Assembly: GCF_001194135.2 (NCBI RefSeq)
Contig: NC_068983.1
Location: 121,155,319-121,219,318, forward strand
Reading direction: 5' to 3'
Length of the DNA: 64,000 bases
Source: Octopus bimaculoides
Lineage: Eukaryota
This document shows positions 52,060-64,000 of this stretch, one piece after another. The notes under the pieces are model-generated. The model ran no database searches, was not told the DNA's origin, and saw only the letters and a program-made list of their open reading frames with translations. The translations under genes and the position numbers were made by a program. The first letter of the stretch is position 1; every line of letters begins with the position of its first letter.

Positions 52060-53820
52060 TTAAATATGAATTGAATGAGCTTTGTATATAGTCCAGTTGA
52101 CTGAACAATTGAAAACTGTTGCGTTACAATGCTAGTACTGTTTTTTTTTTGTTGTTTTTTTTTGTAGTATCATGCATCTACTATATGCTATAAACTGTTA
52201 TTATTGCTGTACAGAATTATATCATTGTACTGTTACTGTACTTACTGTATGTAATATCATGTCTTTGTTCAATAGTATCATGTTACTACTATTCTGTCAT
52301 CTCAGTATCATCTCACAAAATTGTTGAATTGCTTTACTATTACTACTGACTTTACAACTTACTACTTAACATTTGCTATATTTATATCACATCCTAAAGC
52401 TCTGTCTAACTAAAATCGCTCTCTAGTGTAATGAATAGGGAATGTAAACCATAATTAAGGTACACCTATCCTCAGAAAAGTGACTTCATTTTATTTTCAC
52501 ACATTTTAAAATTTCCTATACTATTTCTTTCTAGTAACAGAATTATGCTCTATGTTTTAAATTCTAAGTTACTTTCTACAATATTCTAAGTTGTTTGTTA
52601 TTTTATTTAGCCTTAAAATGGTGATCAAGATGATCTCATAACCCACCATTTTTTGGCCAAGACAAAAGAGCCTGTCTCTTCAAGAATATCATTTATTTTT
52701 TTTAGGTCCTGATAATTAATTCTACATTATTTTAATTAACAATAATCTTATTCTTTTACATCTTGTAAAAATGATTTCGTATTCACTGCAGCAGTATCAG
52801 TAGTTTCCATATCAAAGGAGTTAAACAAGAATGATCTGGAAGCTAAAAAGCTAAAAATATTGTTTCTTTGAGTGCTCAATTTTAAAGGCTTCTGTAATCT
52901 CTCTGGCAATCATTTATCATAATTGCTTTTGTACCAACATATTGTACATAGTCAAATAAGACATCTCTGGGTCTGTTGTTGAATAGCCACATTATAAGTT
53001 CTTCTAGACTGAGAACAAACACAATTTAATAATAGGAATGACAGTGGTCCATATGACTAGACTTTGGCATGATGCACCAATATCTTCTACATTCAACTCT
53101 TTGTGATTCATTTTTACAATATGTAACATACACTGCAGCTTTGGAATTTTTGCATAGACAAATGATGTTGTGGTTAGCTTTTGCTATTATTATATCTAAA
53201 TCATCCTTACAGAAGGTGTTGGACCATTTCAACTGAAGAGCAGGCTAGCAGGAATGGTCGATAGATGGTTAAAAGAACACCATTCATCTTGTTCTTATTA
53301 GTCACTAAATATAAATATTTCTCTCTGGCAGTAAAATGACACATAATATTGTACAGTATCATCCCTGCTTTATGAGGATCATTTCTATTTTCAATCTTCA
53401 TAGTCTGAATATCTCAATTTTCTAGGTTTTCATATATAAATAGTTTCCCCGTTATTATCATAGATATATTGGTGTCCATTGGAATTCATGTTTTTGAAAT
53501 GATTTGTCTTGTTTGAAATAGAATATTGTAAATGAAATATTGTAAAAAAAAAAAAAAAAAAATGTTGCTAATTTGCAATTGTTTCATCTTTTAGAAAGAC
53601 TGAATACTTTTTAGGACCGAGAGTAAGCTAAATTTTATGATAAAGTCCTCATGTAGATCATGTACAGTGCTGCTGACTCTTCCTTTATTTAGTGATTTCT
53701 TGTTTTATGTTGTTCTCATTTTGAATGATCATTTTTGTTTACTCTTCCCTGTTGTTGTTCTTTTTTAGATACACGCTGCCATACTATTGATATATTGACA
53801 TTTTTTCCTTTCTCTTTCAG

Positions 53821-53883
53821 ATTTTATGCAGCAGAAATTGCAATAGGTCTTTTTTACCTTCACAACGAAGGTATAGTTTACAG
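53821..53883 (+). CDS. PRKCA: Conventional PKC exon, kinase subdomain VIa
   Basis: Acceptor ttcctttctctttcag, donor GTAAG at 53884; 63 nt, phase 2/2. Encodes (V)FYAAEIAIGLFYLHNEGIVY(R). Confidence 0.96.
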
Positions 53884-55321
53884 GTAAGATAGAAATGTTA
53901 TCCATTTGTCTTGTTTCAACTGTTTGCTTTTGCAAGTCAGAAGAAATGCCACTAAGTATTTTGTCCAGCGTGGTAATGATTCTTCCAGCTCACTACCTTA
54001 ATGCTGGTACTGATATTAAAGATCTAAACTAACTGGGCTACCAGTTCTTTGTTGAATAATTTCAAACTTTGCTCCTACATTTGTCATGGTGTACTACTCA
54101 AAAAATGTTTTAATCTTTACTATCTTCAGTCTACTTAGCTAAGTAGAAAGTAACTACACCAACATCATGTGAGTGTTTAATGACAAGAATAGGAATTTTA
54201 CTCTTACGTACTTCGACAATTTATTTGAAAATCCTCATATTTACAGAACCATTCTATCCGTGTCACATGAGAGTAGGATCAGAATATGGATGGAAACTAG
54301 TATCTCCTTAATCATCTTTTCTCAACAGTATTTTTAAAGTCAAATCAGCTTAGTATCATATTAATTGCAGTATCAACATGCAACCTATTGTTACTGATAA
54401 CCTCTTCTGTATCATCCTTTCTAGTAACTCCTTCTTCACTTCCTGTACCTCTCTCTCTCTCTCTCTCTCAACAATATCACACTGTACCTATAAGCAAATA
54501 TGTAAAGTTTGGTGAACCAATTAGAAGTTGTGGTATTTATACTTTTTCCTAAGAAATTTGCTACCATGAATATATTGAGATGTCCCAAACCAGAATCAGC
54601 TTTCAAAACCAACTTGCCAATTAAATTGTTTGATTTAAATATGTTTAACACTGATATAATTTTGATAATTGCATACCATATCTCAGTGTGCAAACGTGTC
54701 TTTGCCTACTGTGTACTGAGAATACAGTGAGGAAAGACACTTTTGGTGCCCCACCACTACTCCACCACCTTAATAGGCATGACAAACCAGTGGAAATTTT
54801 GTGCTATTTCATTAATTTTATTCCTCTTTTATATCTTAAATCTATCTCATTTCAAGTTATATATTATTTCATTAAAGCTATTTTCCGATCAATATCTTTA
54901 CACTATCTTGCCACATCTTTTGATTATATATGTGAAGGTTTCTTCAGTGATGATATCTTGAGGATATTTTTTAAATGTTAGATCCATATAACATTGCAGC
55001 TATATCACCACAGGATTTTGGTGATGTATCTAATAAACCTGATATGAATACACGTTGATACTATCGACAAAACTCCCTAAATAATATATTTATTAATCTT
55101 TCTTGTTTGCTGTTTTAACTATCTTCAAATCTGGAATCCACTCTGTGTTAGTGAGGATTTATATGCACTCAAAGGTGTGATGCTAGATATTGTTTAGCTC
55201 CAGCTCAGCCCTGATTCGGCAGACCTCTGATGAAAGATGTTCCAGCTGCAATTAGTTTCTTTTTTATTCACTCATAACCTATCTGTGGTTGTCTTATCCA
55301 ATGTATCTTTCATTTCATATA

Positions 55322-55710
55322 TTGTTGTTGTTGGCACTCCGTCGCTTACGACGTCGTGGGTTCCAGTTGACCTGATCAACGGAACAGCCTGCTCGTAAAA
55401 TTAACGTGCAAGTGGCTGAGCACTCCACAGACACGTGTACCCTTAACGTAGTTCTCGGGGATATTCAGCGTGACACAGTGTGACAAGGCTGACCCTTTGA
55501 ATTACAGGCACAACAGAAACAGGAAGTAAGAGTGAGAGAAAGTCGTGGTGAAAGAGTACAGCAGGGTTCACCACCATCCCCTGCCGGAGCCTCATGGAGC
55601 TTTAGGTGTTTTCGTTCAATAAACACTCACAACGCCCGGTCTGGGATTCGAAACCACGATCCTATGACCGCGAGTCCACTGCCCTAACCACTGGGCCATT
55701 GCGCCTCCAC
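55322..55710 (-). mobile_element. Full-length young SINE, family 1, antisense, with TSD
   Basis: Reverse complement of 37015-37396 and 62170-62557; 10-bp TSD ATTTCATATA at 55312-55321 and 55713-55722. Confidence 0.9.
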
Positions 55711-55964
55711 TTATTTCATATAATAGTTGGTTGTTATATGAGGGATATATGGCTGCTATTTCTAATAGGGTGAGCAACTGTGCAGAATGCTTTTCTATTG
55801 ATTCATTGGTTATTATGTTGATGGTGTTGTGTATCCGTTAGTAAGCCTTGACTGAACAAATTTGTGATCAAGGTTTTTCCACCCATGACTGTTTTCCACA
55901 GGTAAAACTATTGCATAGAGGCTACTTTGTTGGTTCAAACAACGCATAATCATTCTGATGATAT

Positions 55965-56170
55965 AAGATGGTGAGCTAGCAGAAATGTTTGCATGCTGGA
56001 GAAAATTCTTAGCATTTCAACCATCTTTGCATTCTGAGTTCAAATTCTGCCTTTCATCATTTTGGGGCCAATAAAATAAGTACCACTTGGACACTGAAGT
56101 TTATGATTTACTCCACCACCACCACCACCACTCCTAAAATTACTGGCATTGTGCCAAAGTTCTGAAACTA
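55965..56170 (+). mobile_element. SINE family 4, diverged
   Basis: gatggtgagctagcagaaatg...gcattctgagttcaaattctgcc...aaaataagtaccac...ggcattgtgccaaag. Confidence 0.65.
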
Positions 56171-56345
56171 TTATCATTCTAATTATACTGTCTCTAACAA
56201 CTCTATTTGCATTTTATAAATCCTGTTTGAAACAAGTCACAGACTAAAGATAGAAAAACTATTTTAGACAAGGCTCTTACTTCTGAAACAATGAATATAA
56301 GAAAGTAGCTATTTAATAATTAATTTTCTTTTTTTCTCTTTCTAA

Positions 56346-56519
<174 letters not shown>

Positions 56520-56537
56520 TAAAGAGAACACACCTCT

Positions 56538-57135
56538 TTTATGTCATCCTTACTGAAATATATAACAACTCATAGTTTATATCATACTAAGTTAAAAGTA
56601 GGGACTATCTCTACTCCATGTTACTCTACATGAATTATAGGGGCTCACTCTTGGTTTATGTCACTCTAACTGAAATTTTTATATGATTTAATCAGAGGAG
56701 TAAGTGCTGTGACCATGACATTAAAGAAGGTCTCTGAGAATAGGGCAATAAAGAAACACACTTTAAACCTTTCTTTACCAAATTCCTGTTAAATTACACT
56801 GCCTTTCAACTGGTGTCTGGAACATAAATTAATATGAATTTTTTATGGAAGGTTTTAGTTTAGTTCACTTAAAAATATGAAATTTGTACCATAGTTGCAT
56901 GGGTGATCTTGGGTAGTTCTGTATTAAAAGGGTTAAGAGTTATCTTCTGACTAAAGTCCTAGTCTGAATATTTGCAACAAGTCCAAGTAGAATGTTAAGC
57001 CCAAGCAACAAATTTCATATATGGCAACAACTTTTGATTTATATCACCCTAACTGTAATACAGAGACCATTCTTAGATTTTGTTACTCTAACTGAAATAT
57101 AGCACTAGTCCTGCTTTATATCATCCTAACTGAAA
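56538..57135. repeat. Diverged 38-40-bp minisatellite (21-nt core + variable spacer), interrupted
   Basis: Core tttat(a/g)tca(c/t)(c/t)ctaactgaaa at 56538, 56576, 56615, 56655 and 57038, 57077, 57115. Confidence 0.7.
56767..56932. mobile_element. Probable piggyBac-type MITE inside the minisatellite
   Basis: TTAA-(a)CCTTT at 56763 ... AAAGGG-TTAA at 56927-56936; the left terminal C is mutated. Confidence 0.45.
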
Positions 57136-57634
57136 CATAAGGGCTACACACTCAAATACATCTTCTGTCTTGATCTTAATATATATTTAGCTACCTTTAC
57201 ACTAATAGCATATATCCTTAGTTTCCTAGTACAGCAATCCAGATTATATTTTGGGGAGTTTCATAATACATCTCATGAAAATGCCAACCATGATATTAAA
57301 TGAACACTGCCTGGAGAAGTTGGCTTAATCAACCTAACTTGCAATAGATGTTAGTACAACAATTATCTGATATACACATTGCTTCAACAAATAAAACAGC
57401 AACCTGGTATTGGTATCAGTCTTTTGCATTGAAATTCTAGTTGGAGAAGAGGGTCAGTACCTATCACTTTTACAGGTGAGTTTGATTTAACAATTGTTGT
57501 TCAAGGTAAAATTGATGTTCAAAAAAATATCTAAATAATTTAGCATTCTTACAAAATTTTTTGATGGCTATATTTCAGTTTATGACTAAAGTACATTTAC
57601 ATTTTCTGTTTTATTTCTTCTAATTCTCCATTGA

Positions 57635-57784
<150 letters not shown>

Positions 57785-57990
57785 NNNNNNNNNNNNNNNN
57801 NNNNNNNNNNNNNNNNNNNNNNNNNNNNNNNNNNNNNNNNNNNNNNNNNNNNNNNNNNNNNNNNNNNNNNNNNNNNNNNNNNNNNNNNNNNNNNNNNNNN
57901 NNNNNNNNNNNNNNNNNNNNNNNNNNNNNNNNNNNNNNNNNNNNNNNNNNNNNNNNNNNNNNNNNNNNNNNNNNNNNNNNNNNNNNNNAT

Positions 57991-58050
57991 CGGAGAATGT
58001 ACGAAAAAACAATAGACGAGGACAGGTGGTGTAAATAACAAAAGGATGTA
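57991..58050 (-). mobile_element. Third, truncated copy of the (TA)n-associated repeat
   Basis: cggagaatgtacgaaaaaacaatagacgaggacaggtggtgtaaataacaaaaggatgta, flanked by a TA tract/N gap and (TA)n; ends before the hammerhead-like motif. Confidence 0.75.
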
Positions 58051-61000
58051 CTATATATATGAATTAAATTCTTAAGAATTTTAATTTAGCTTTCAATTTT
58101 AGTATTCAGTATTACTGTTTTTTTATTTTATTTAATTTCTTTCTGTTTTTAGTCCAGATATTAATGTAATTTATTCATTCCATGAACCACCACCACTCTA
58201 AAACTTTTCTTTCCAATGTTACTATAAAAATACTAACTTTCAACTTTTCAAATTCTGTTTTATCGTCACCAATATTTCTGAAACATCCAAATATCCTTAT
58301 CTGTGAGAGCTTCTCTTGGTTATAGACCATACTTTTTCTTTTAAAATGTGTCAACAGAAAAAGATTTTAGAAATACAAACTTCATTTTTGTGATTGCCAT
58401 TTTATGATTATAAGAAAAGCCATCGCTGCATACATGTGATTTTCTCAGCTTTGTAAGCTGCTTGAGACAAATTTGTTTAATACTATTTCAGTTCTGATCA
58501 AATCAAACCTGTGATCGAAGATGGTCTAGCTGTAACCATCCTGTCTTTTTAGTTAGGCACTGTAACCAAGACTACATTATTTAATGTATTCTTTCATTTT
58601 AAAGATGGTAGAGTTTGGTGCTATCTAAAAAGTAGCCTATCAGATATCATGGAAAAGTTGAGAAAGATATTTTCTCTCTTCCATGAAATATTCTTTATTC
58701 ATCATAAAAATACAGAAATAATTACATGTCATTTTCTTTAGTTGAACATCTGTAACCCACAGTAGTTTCTTAAAGCAATATGACACCTCACCCAAGCAAT
58801 ATATTCTGAAAGTCTACTTGCAAAGGAAGGTATGATGCTAAAATTGGTATGATGAATAAAATTGCCAGGGAAAATAGAATAGAAGCATAATACTCATTTT
58901 ACAATTTTTCGTTTGAATAACTCTGTAATTGCTTTATAAAATTATAGTGAAAATAAACCCCTTCTGCTTCATCAAGAAAAGTATTTTTCTTGGCTGTGAT
59001 TGTTCTGCTAAAACTGTTATTTAGTATACTGTGAGATACAATAGCTCTATTATTAGGGTGCTGAATCAACAGGCACATGGTTACAAGTTCAAATCTAACT
59101 CCAGCCATTATGTTTGCCTTTGACAAGCTAGCTACCTTTGCTTGTTCTTATGTTCCTTACCATACAAACAACTGTCCTTTACTATCTACATCACATGAGT
59201 GGTTTGCAGTCACAAGCACATCTAACCGTTTAAACATTTGCTCCAGCTAATAAACTCTCCTATGCAATCATAGGAAAGCTAGTATAAAGCCGTAAAAGTT
59301 ATTTCAGTGTTATATTTGTCTAGAAAGTGATTCGGTCTGAAACCATGTGTTGAAACTGAAGCATTTACGTCGTGGAAGAGGTGTTTAAAAACCTCAAAAA
59401 ACAATATACAATATATAAAAAAGTGAATTTAACAAATTCGCTCCTAACATAGTCTATGTCATGTGAAAACTTTCATTGCACAAATGTGACCTGGTCTCAG
59501 GTGTATGGCAAAAATTAAATAAATTTCATGTATCTGTGTATGTGAGTATAAATACATACGTACATACACATATATATGTATGTGTTTATGTGTGTGTATG
59601 TATATATATATATATATATATGTTTTTGTGTGTGTATTATACACATATCTGTGTGTGTGTGTATATATATACACACACACACACACAAACACCTCAAATT
59701 TGAAATGGTTAAAGTGGCTCTTCCACAAATAAGTAGAATTGCAGTAAAAACGTTTAGTACTTCATAATGATATATAGATATATATATATATATATACACA
59801 TATATGTATGTATATATATATGTATATACATATGCATATATATATGCATTTATATATATGCATACATATATATATAGACACATATGAATATGAATGCATG
59901 TATATATTCAACTATAGTAGTAGTTGAATAATATTTTTAAGGCCACAATTTACTCACACGCAGCACCTTTCAGAGCTTGTCACTAATTCAGTTCTTAACC
60001 AAATTGAAAACCGTTAACTTTTTTAAAGAAGACTGGTCTAGCTACACTCTGGCATAAAAAAAATTGAAATTTGATCCTGTAGAAAAAAAGTTCACATCAA
60101 AATTTATAGCAACGTTATAGGAGAATAAGTAACACCACCAATCAAGTTTAGATCTAAATAACTTTTTTATTTTAAAAGCAAAATATATTTATCTTAGCTT
60201 CAATGATAGAAGAAAGCATGAAGAATTTCATAGTTTTGTTTCCATGCAACAAAAATTTGTATCAAAAAAGTTGTGAGGTAAAATATCATGAAAAAAAATA
60301 TAAGTAAGGCAAAAAATTGGATTTAAGTGTAATTAACTTTTTTTTATTTTAAAAACAAACTATAAAACTATATTTTAATTAAGCTTAGATGATAGAGTTA
60401 AATTCAGGAAATTTCATGGTATCAGTTTTATGCAATGAAGTTTTAAACGAAAAACGTTATTAGTGTTTGTTTCTCTAATTTGAGGGTGATAATATAGTTC
60501 TATACTTATTTATGAATATAGTTCTATAAGGGGACTGTTACAGCATCATTGAGTTAGGAAAATAGTTATCAACAACACTACTAATTGACACATTTGACAC
60601 ATTATTAATTAGCATAACAGCATGGCCTGGTAAAAACATGGATTACATGGAAAAATGTGAGCAAGCGATATAATATTCTTAAGATTATAAATCTGGAAAA
60701 GTAGAGGATATGTTATTACACTTGGAAAAGTTCAGGACAACTTATTACATCTGGTAAAGTACAGAACAAGAAAATTTGTTCTGGATTTCTTTCAGTCTTA
60801 TTCTGACTTCATCTGCAAAGCATTGCTACCACCATGGTTACTGAGGTAGTAATGAAAGAATCACTATGTAATTGTATAAGGTTGTACATTTGTTCATGTA
60901 AGACAGTTGTATGATAGTAGAATCATTTCAAAATATAATTTAAAGGATTGTTTAATTACTAAATGTTAAGTATGTAATACTATCCTTAGCTATCATTTTC

Positions 61001-61189
61001 ATTTTGGTTTTCCTGTAGATGGCATATATGAGTTTTGTATATGTGTGTATACATATATGTGTGTGTGTGTGTACATATCTATATATGTATACCTATAGAT
61101 ATGTATACTTGTAGCCATGTGAAACTTAATTGCACCACCTGATAGAATCTCTTAGGCTATTTTAAGTCGTGTTTGTGACACCATTATCC

Positions 61190-61910
61190 ATTTATGGTGG
61201 CAGTTGTTGATGACTGAGAAATATCTTGCTGTAAGTGGTTTTTCTGACATCTCTTGAAGAAATTTGACAAGATATTGCTGGAAGGTTTTGGGATCTTCTT
61301 TGATTTGTTTTGGGATAATATTAGAGTAGGGTTAGTTGATGAAACGTAAATGTGTAGATATGTTGTAATATGTTCTGAGCCTTATTTGTGTTGGGAGTTT
61401 ATAATACAGGTTCCAGCCTTGGATGAATTTTAAATTCAATGTTAAAGTCTTTTACGTGATGTGGATGGTATATCACCCACATAGTGCAAATGATGTAGCA
61501 GTCATAATGACATTTGAGAGAACAGTTATAATGCCTTTAAACAGTCCAAACAATCTAGATCAATCATGCTATATGTTTATTTTTCACTATTACTCTCTGG
61601 GGTGCTTCAGTTCCCTGAATGTTCTGTTTGATATGAAGAGACCACAAGGATTCATGGGCATCAGCATACAAATGGGGNNNNNNNNNNGGTGACATGTGAC
61701 TCTCAGAACCAAAATGTTCTGTGGATCCAGGAGCTCATGTTGTAATCCATATTGACTTTGTTGTTGATGTGAGCACTCAAGCTGAGATTATTGTTAACAA
61801 TTATTCCTAAGATATTGTTGAATTCCATGAGTGGTCCTGATAAAAGAGAGTAGTGCATGAGTTCAAATTTTCCCTCTTGTAGCAGCATGTTGCTTCTGTC
61901 CAACCATTGA
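61190..61910 (-). mobile_element. CR1/L2-type LINE ORF2 3' fragment
   Basis: Minus strand: NMLLQEGKFELMHY...NILGIIVNNNLSLSAHIN...SWIHRTF (ORF 61703-61903), then IIPKQIKEDPKTFQQYLVKFLQEMSEKP, resembling the CR1 C-terminus. Confidence 0.65.
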
Positions 61911-62169
61911 TTTATATGGTATGTAGATTAATTGTTTTGTCTTTTATTTAGTCTTTTGATTTTCTTGATGAGTGTTTTTTTTTCTCTCTCTCTTGGAAGC
62001 CTATTTCTGTTTGAGCTAACAAGTTTTGGTAGTGTGTATTTTGAACATGTATTGTTGGCAATGTCCTCAAACCTCTGCCAAGTTGCTTCAGTGTCAGAGG
62101 AAATATGAGTGAAGAATCAGTCAATAAGTGACAGATCTTGTCTAATTGCTCCCCAGTACACTTTTTGAA

Positions 62170-62557
62170 GTAGAGGCGCAATGGCCCAGTGGTTAGGGCA
62201 GTGGACTCGCGGTCATAGGATCGTGGTTTCGATTTCCAGACCGGGCGTTGTGAGTGTTTATTGAGTGAAAACACCTAAAGCTCCACGAGGCTCCAGCAGA
62301 GGATGGTGGTGAACCCTGCTGTACTCTTTCACCACAACTTTCTCTCACTCTTACTTCTTGTTTCTATTGTGCCTGTAATTCAAAGGGTCAGCCTTGTCAC
62401 ACTGTGTCACGCTGAATATCCCCGAGAACTACGTTAAGGGTGCATGTGTCTGTGGAGTGCTCAGCCACTTGCACGTTAATTTCACGAGCAGGCTGTTCCG
62501 TTGATCGGATCAACCGGAACCCACGACGTCGTAAGCGACGGAGTGTCAACAACAACA
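62170..62557 (+). mobile_element. Full-length young SINE, family 1, with TSD
   Basis: A box TGGCCCAGTGG, B-box-like GGTTTCGATTTCC, (CAA)n tail; 12-bp TSD ACACTTTTTGAA at 62158-62169 and 62558-62569. Confidence 0.92.
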
Positions 62558-63700
62558 ACACTTTTTGAACAGTGATGCTATTAAATGGGTGTGCCAGGGT
62601 GAAAGCTTCAGTATTTGATACACACACACACACAAGATGGACTCTCCCGTCATTAGACAACATATTAGGGTTCGACAGTTTCTTACCGAACAACCACACA
62701 GATGATTTGTTGATAGTGACCAAATGTTTTTGTACTCATAAGTTCACTCCCTCCATCAAATCAACATTACCTGTGCAGGTGCAACAGGAGCCACATGTCA
62801 AATGACGAAATGATTACAGAGCGATGTGAAATAAAGTGCTTTGCTCAAGAACACAACGCAAAGCCCAGTCTGGGAATAAAACCCATGATCTCGTAATCGT
62901 GAGCGCAACACCTTAACCACTGAACCATGCGCCTTCACATATATATACACACACATACATATACATACACATGCACAGGCATAAATGTGTGGTTAAGAAG
63001 TTAATTTCACAAACATGTGATTTTATGTTCAGTCCCACTGCACAGCACCTTGAGCAGTAAATTTGGTAAGATAGAAACTGTGCTAAGCCTAGCATAAATG
63101 TGTGTGTGTGTGTGTGTGTGTGCATGCGTGCATATGCACATATGTCTGTGTAAACAAGCTATGGATGATGAAGTTTGTTCACATTCTCTGTGAACAAATT
63201 TTCAGATGGCTCTGCACTTTCAAAGACAAAAAAATAAATAAATATAAAGTTAGTGACAGAAAGATCATCCAGCTGTTAAACACTCCTTCATTGATATGTG
63301 TTCATCTAGCCTATACTAGCTCGAAAAAGACATTATTAAACAAACAAGTGAACGAACAATATACTTGTAATTATAGATTAATGATATAATAACAAAAACA
63401 ATTATGCACACATAGTTACACACCTAATTGTTTTATTCATGAACTATGATAATAACTTCTCTATGACCTGCAGAACACCGAACTTTGTAGCACATAGTGG
63501 GTGCTAGCTTAAACTTATGCTGGATAGGGTCCCAGTCTATTGCAGGTAACTTTCCCAAATATAGTATCTATTTCTTATTCCTCATAGACATCAGCAGGTA
63601 GAATTATGCAAGCTAAAAAAAGACAATGGGTATGAACCTACAACTGATTCAAACATATCAGCTTTAACATTTAGCATAATAATAATAATAATAATAATAA

Positions 63701-64000
63701 CCACAGATCTTAGAATGGACCACAGATTATATCTCCCAAAAATCAAAATAGACAATAAAACAACATCAATAATAAATAGCATAAACCTGGCCGTCACGGA
63801 ACTAACAACCACAGAAACAACAGGCAATATCACTGAGCTAAATGACATAATATATGCGGCAGCCACTGCAGCCACAAAAGAAGCAGGATACTCACTCAAA
63901 CCCATCCGAACAGGAGTTCTACCACCCAAACAGACCTTGTGGATAAATAACATCCAGAACAAAATAAAAAAAAAAGAGAAAAGATTTATCGATTCTCAAC
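63701..64000 (+). mobile_element. R4/Dong-clade non-LTR retrotransposon, 5' junction in (TAA)8, running off the window
   Basis: (TAA)8 at 63677-63700, then an open frame RLYLPKIKIDN...ITELNDIIYAAATAATKEAGY...PPKQTLWINNIQNKI and, after a one-base slip in the A-run, KRKDLSILN. This matches the R4/Dong pre-RT region (LPKIK...N.LIYAAAT...PxW...KI...RxDISxL). Confidence 0.7.

Noticed and set aside
50820-52380. TGTTA/CTGTA-rich tracts downstream of the 50681 exon
   Set aside because: Degenerate pentamer low-complexity sequence with no defined unit or structure.
56538-57135. CRISPR array interpretation of the repeat/spacer pattern
   Set aside because: Eukaryotic intron, degenerate non-palindromic cores, very short spacers, no leader or cas genes.

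Overview
Eukaryotic, AT-rich, microsatellite-dense draft-assembly DNA with many N gaps; the repeat content suggests a coleoid cephalopod, probably Octopus (inference). The window lies entirely inside one + strand gene, a conventional Ca2+/DAG-dependent protein kinase C (co-orthologue of PRKCA/B/G; Aplysia Apl I / Drosophila Pkc53E type). Nine GT-AG exons (1497-1625, 38894-39050, 42932-43163, 44723-44848, 47745-47918, 50681-50772, 53821-53883, 56351-56489, 57650-57730; 1193 nt, all phases compatible) encode the end of C1B, the C2 domain, the hinge and kinase subdomains I-IX. The gene's start and end lie outside the window. The introns, one of them 37.3 kb, hold several tRNA-derived SINE families, RTE/CR1/CRE/I-like LINE fragments, two R4/Dong-type elements at (TAA)n tracts, an internally deleted Penelope-like element, a Helitron helicase remnant, and mariner, hAT and piggyBac MITEs. 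Best leads: a minimal hammerhead-ribozyme-like fold with an A6U core in a (TA)n-associated repeat; young inverted SINE copies bracketing the activation-loop exons; a candidate A-to-I Ser-to-Gly recoding site; a possible antisense promoter; and a 38-40 bp repeat/spacer array. Several apparent tandem duplications are assembly artefacts at N gaps. No prokaryotic system, CRISPR array, rRNA or true tRNA gene was found. TE assignments come from manual translation and motif recall, not database searches.
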